Assembly (NCBI GenBank): GCA_964019335.1
Contig: OZ025649.1
Coordinates: 310,001-374,000, forward strand
Origin: Diplonema japonicum
Taxonomy: Eukaryota > Protista > Euglenozoa: Diplonemea
Reading direction: 5' to 3'
DNA: 64,000 nucleotides
Shown: positions 61,648-64,000 of the stretch, in pieces
How the letters are laid out: the number at the start of each line of letters is the position of its first letter
Position numbering within the stretch: the first letter of the stretch is position 1
Notes under the pieces: model-generated
Told to the model about the DNA's origin: nothing
Seen by the model: the letters and a program-made list of their open reading frames with translations, nothing else
Databases searched by the model: none
Made by a program: the position numbers and the translations under genes

Positions 61648-62676
61648 ATGTTGCGCAGGGCGTGTTTGTTCGGCCAGCTGAGGCATGCTGCGGAGAGTGC
61701 AAAGACAGTTGCTAGTTTGGAAAGCTCTTTGTTCGTAACAGCCAAGAAGATAGAGAAGGAGAAGACACCCATGAGGCTAGCACAGCACCCGAGTGGGAAG
61801 ATTGCGAAGTTCGACCAAGCGATCCACATGTACAGCTTAAACAAGAAGAGGCTGAACAGTGTGACGTCGCTGCTAAGGTCACCGCTCATGAGGGACGGGG
61901 AGGTGGTGTCTCCGGTGACGCACCCTTTCGATGTGAACGGTGTGGCGCAGAAGGTGGCGAAGATGCAGGGGAAGACAGTGCAGGAGGTGAAGCAGGAATG
62001 GAGGGACATCGCAGACTTCGGGACAAGGTTCCACGCGTTCGTGAACGAAACACTGACAGGCGAACCCGTCGTTACCGGAGAGGCGTGGTCGGAGGAGGAC
62101 AAACGCGGCGACATGGAGCAAAGGTACCAAAAAGCCTTTGTGGAATACTATGAACTTCTAAAGGAATTCGGATACAACCTGCACGTGAACGGCAGCGAGA
62201 TGATCGTGTTCTCGCCAAAGACAATGTTGGCAGGGACAATCGACTGCCTACTGGAGTGCCCTAAGGGAAACGAAGCGGAACCAAGACCGCATTACCTACT
62301 AGTAGACTGGAAGACGAACAAGGCAAAAATGAGGGGGCAGACAGTATTCCCTGGAAGCCCCGAAACCTTGAACTGGCCGTGCGAAGATATCCCAGCCGTG
62401 AAACTCGCTGACTATCAGCTGCAAACTAATTGTTATAGGCATCTTCTCGAGACGGAGGGCTACGTTGACCCTGAAATGCCTATTCTCATGGTGGTGGTTC
62501 AATTCTTCACCGCTCCTAATGGAGAGGTTGAGGTCGATGGGATAAAAGTGGATAGAATTGATGTCGCTGAGCTAATCGCCTCGTTTGAAGCGTACAATCG
62601 CTCTGTGGTGGCAAAGAAGAAGAAAGAAAACACGAAGAGCGTACCGAAAAGCCCTAAGAAATTGCCTTTTGGTTAA
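61648..62676 (+). CDS. PD-(D/E)XK RecB-like exonuclease (MGME1-like) with mitochondrial targeting peptide
   Basis: MLRR N-terminus; SVTSLL, FGTRFH, SEM.V, LAGTIDCL, LVDWKT, YQLQ..CY. Confidence 0.8.
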   Translation: MLRRACLFGQLRHAAESAKTVASLESSLFVTAKKIEKEKTPMRLAQHPSGKIAKFDQAIHMYSLNKKRLNSVTSLLRSPLMRDGEVVSPVTHPFDVNGVAQKVAKMQGKTVQEVKQEWRDIADFGTRFHAFVNETLTGEPVVTGEAWSEEDKRGDMEQRYQKAFVEYYELLKEFGYNLHVNGSEMIVFSPKTMLAGTIDCLLECPKGNEAEPRPHYLLVDWKTNKAKMRGQTVFPGSPETLNWPCEDIPAVKLADYQLQTNCYRHLLETEGYVDPEMPILMVVVQFFTAPNGEVEVDGIKVDRIDVAELIASFEAYNRSVVAKKKKENTKSVPKSPKKLPFG

Positions 62677-62915
62677 AAAGATTTTTCTTTTGTTTTTTTT
62701 TTTCTTTTTTCCCGCGTCTTTTTTGAGACGCTTATTTTTTTTTCTTCTTATTCTCAAAATGCTTAGATTTTTTTCCCTATATTTATACCCCTCATTTATT
62801 TTAGTAGAAAAAAAAAAAAGAAGAAAAAAAGAGGCGATGTGTGACGCAAAAAAATAGTTAAAAGCAGACATTAAGAAGGGTAAAAAAAAAAACTGTCGAT
62901 TATTATTTTTTTCCT

Positions 62916-62951
<36 letters not shown>

Positions 62952-63124
62952 AGGATCCCCCTGTTCTCATAGATTTTCAATATTCCTCTTCCCTTCTGTT
63001 TGATAATGTGCTTTTTTTTTTTTTTAATTATTATTTCCCCCCTTTTTTCACCCTGTCTCAAAGTATTTTTTTTACGTTCAGGTGGTCAGGGGTCACAAAA
63101 AAAAAAAAAAAAGAAAAGAAAAAA

Positions 63125-64000
63125 ATGACAGCGTACATGAGGAACATCGCCGACAAGGTGATGCACCCACCAGCGATGCTGAAGGAGCAAGAGTTCCAGT
63201 TGGGAACAATTGAAAAATTCACACACTACGGAAGAGTTCCGTGCAAAATGATCTTGAACCTCGTCGTCAGCATACTGTTGTTGATAAGGGTGTGTGTGTA
63301 CACCCCTGGAGAGAACAAGTACGTGGCACACTCAGTAGAAAGGCTGGGGACAAGCTTTTCACCAATGTGGGAAGCTCCCTCAAACACACGTGTTAATATC
63401 TACAGCTTCGAAGATTTCAGAGAATTTGCTTCGGACAGCTACCAATCGTTCACAGAGCTTCCCAACGATGACACCGGCACATGGCTCATAACGAAGAATC
63501 AAACCATGACAGTGCGATACCTCACACCCCCGCATACATATCGCGAGGTTCTGCTCCAGCCGTCCCTCGATCTCCCAGCTACGGAAATAACATGCGATAT
63601 CGCAAATGAGAACCCCTTGGGACCCTTCAGACCCACCTCACCAGATCGCAACTCAACAGCTTGCGACGGTATCCCCGACATAAAATGGAAAATAAACTCT
63701 GCCGAGGTGTCGTTCACCGCCCGGTCCATCCGACAGGTCGGACACCTCCTCACACCAATCTGCTACCAATGGCACGTCACTCAATACTATGATTTCAAAA
63801 AAGCAGGTCTTATAAGGTTTAACGTTGACATCTTCGGGTCGCTCTGCGGGTTGGAAGGTGTGGACAACGGATTCGGTGCGTCGATGGACTACTTGTGCAT
63901 GTTCATGTTGCTGGTCGGTGTGTGGGGTATGGTGCTGAGGATAAAGTCCGTCCGACGAGTGAGAAAATTACGTCTTATCTTGGAAAATAAAATCAACACA
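63125..64000 (+). CDS. Mucolipin/TRPML-like channel, 3' partial
   Basis: Open to the window end, so absent from the ORF track. IEKF..YGR.PCKM + TM1, luminal CYQWHVTQYYDF..G.I, then TM2. Confidence 0.7.
   Translation, partial: MTAYMRNIADKVMHPPAMLKEQEFQLGTIEKFTHYGRVPCKMILNLVVSILLLIRVCVYTPGENKYVAHSVERLGTSFSPMWEAPSNTRVNIYSFEDFREFASDSYQSFTELPNDDTGTWLITKNQTMTVRYLTPPHTYREVLLQPSLDLPATEITCDIANENPLGPFRPTSPDRNSTACDGIPDIKWKINSAEVSFTARSIRQVGHLLTPICYQWHVTQYYDFKKAGLIRFNVDIFGSLCGLEGVDNGFGASMDYLCMFMLLVGVWGMVLRIKSVRRVRKLRLILENKINT

Noticed and set aside
29-63753. Numerous minus-strand ORFs (e.g. 5128-6069, 20652-21485, 44012-44752)
   Set aside because: Antisense shadows of + strand genes, with no recognisable motifs.
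1-64000. tRNA, rRNA or SL RNA genes; non-canonical (non GT-AG) euglenid-type introns
   Set aside because: None recognised; all introns needed to restore frames are GT-AG.

Overview
Eukaryotic nuclear DNA from a euglenozoan. Two KMP-11 genes and strict co-orientation support this; the many cis-introns suggest a diplonemid-like or non-trypanosomatid lineage (inference). About 27 protein-coding genes all lie on the + strand with gaps as short as ~60-120 nt, resembling a polycistronic directional gene cluster. They include a GAF protein, a HIT4-like FG-repeat protein, proteasome beta5, a NEK kinase, KMP-11 x2, an AN1 zinc finger, a twin-CX9C protein, a tandem-repeat GPI-type surface protein, an EF-hand protein, a GNAT, ATR, an axonemal dynein heavy chain, a MECR-like reductase, a mitochondrial PD-(D/E)XK nuclease and a partial mucolipin. 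Manual frame reconstruction gives ~27 very short GT-AG introns (31-83 nt, mostly GTATG donors). Many carry a poly(A) run instead of a polypyrimidine tract before the AG, which explains the poly-K/poly-F ORF artefacts. The one long intron (4871-6634) holds a decayed non-LTR retrotransposon RT that is still a stop-free, in-frame continuation of its host gene. An assembly gap lies at 13321-13520. All intron calls are predictions from frame logic, not transcript data.
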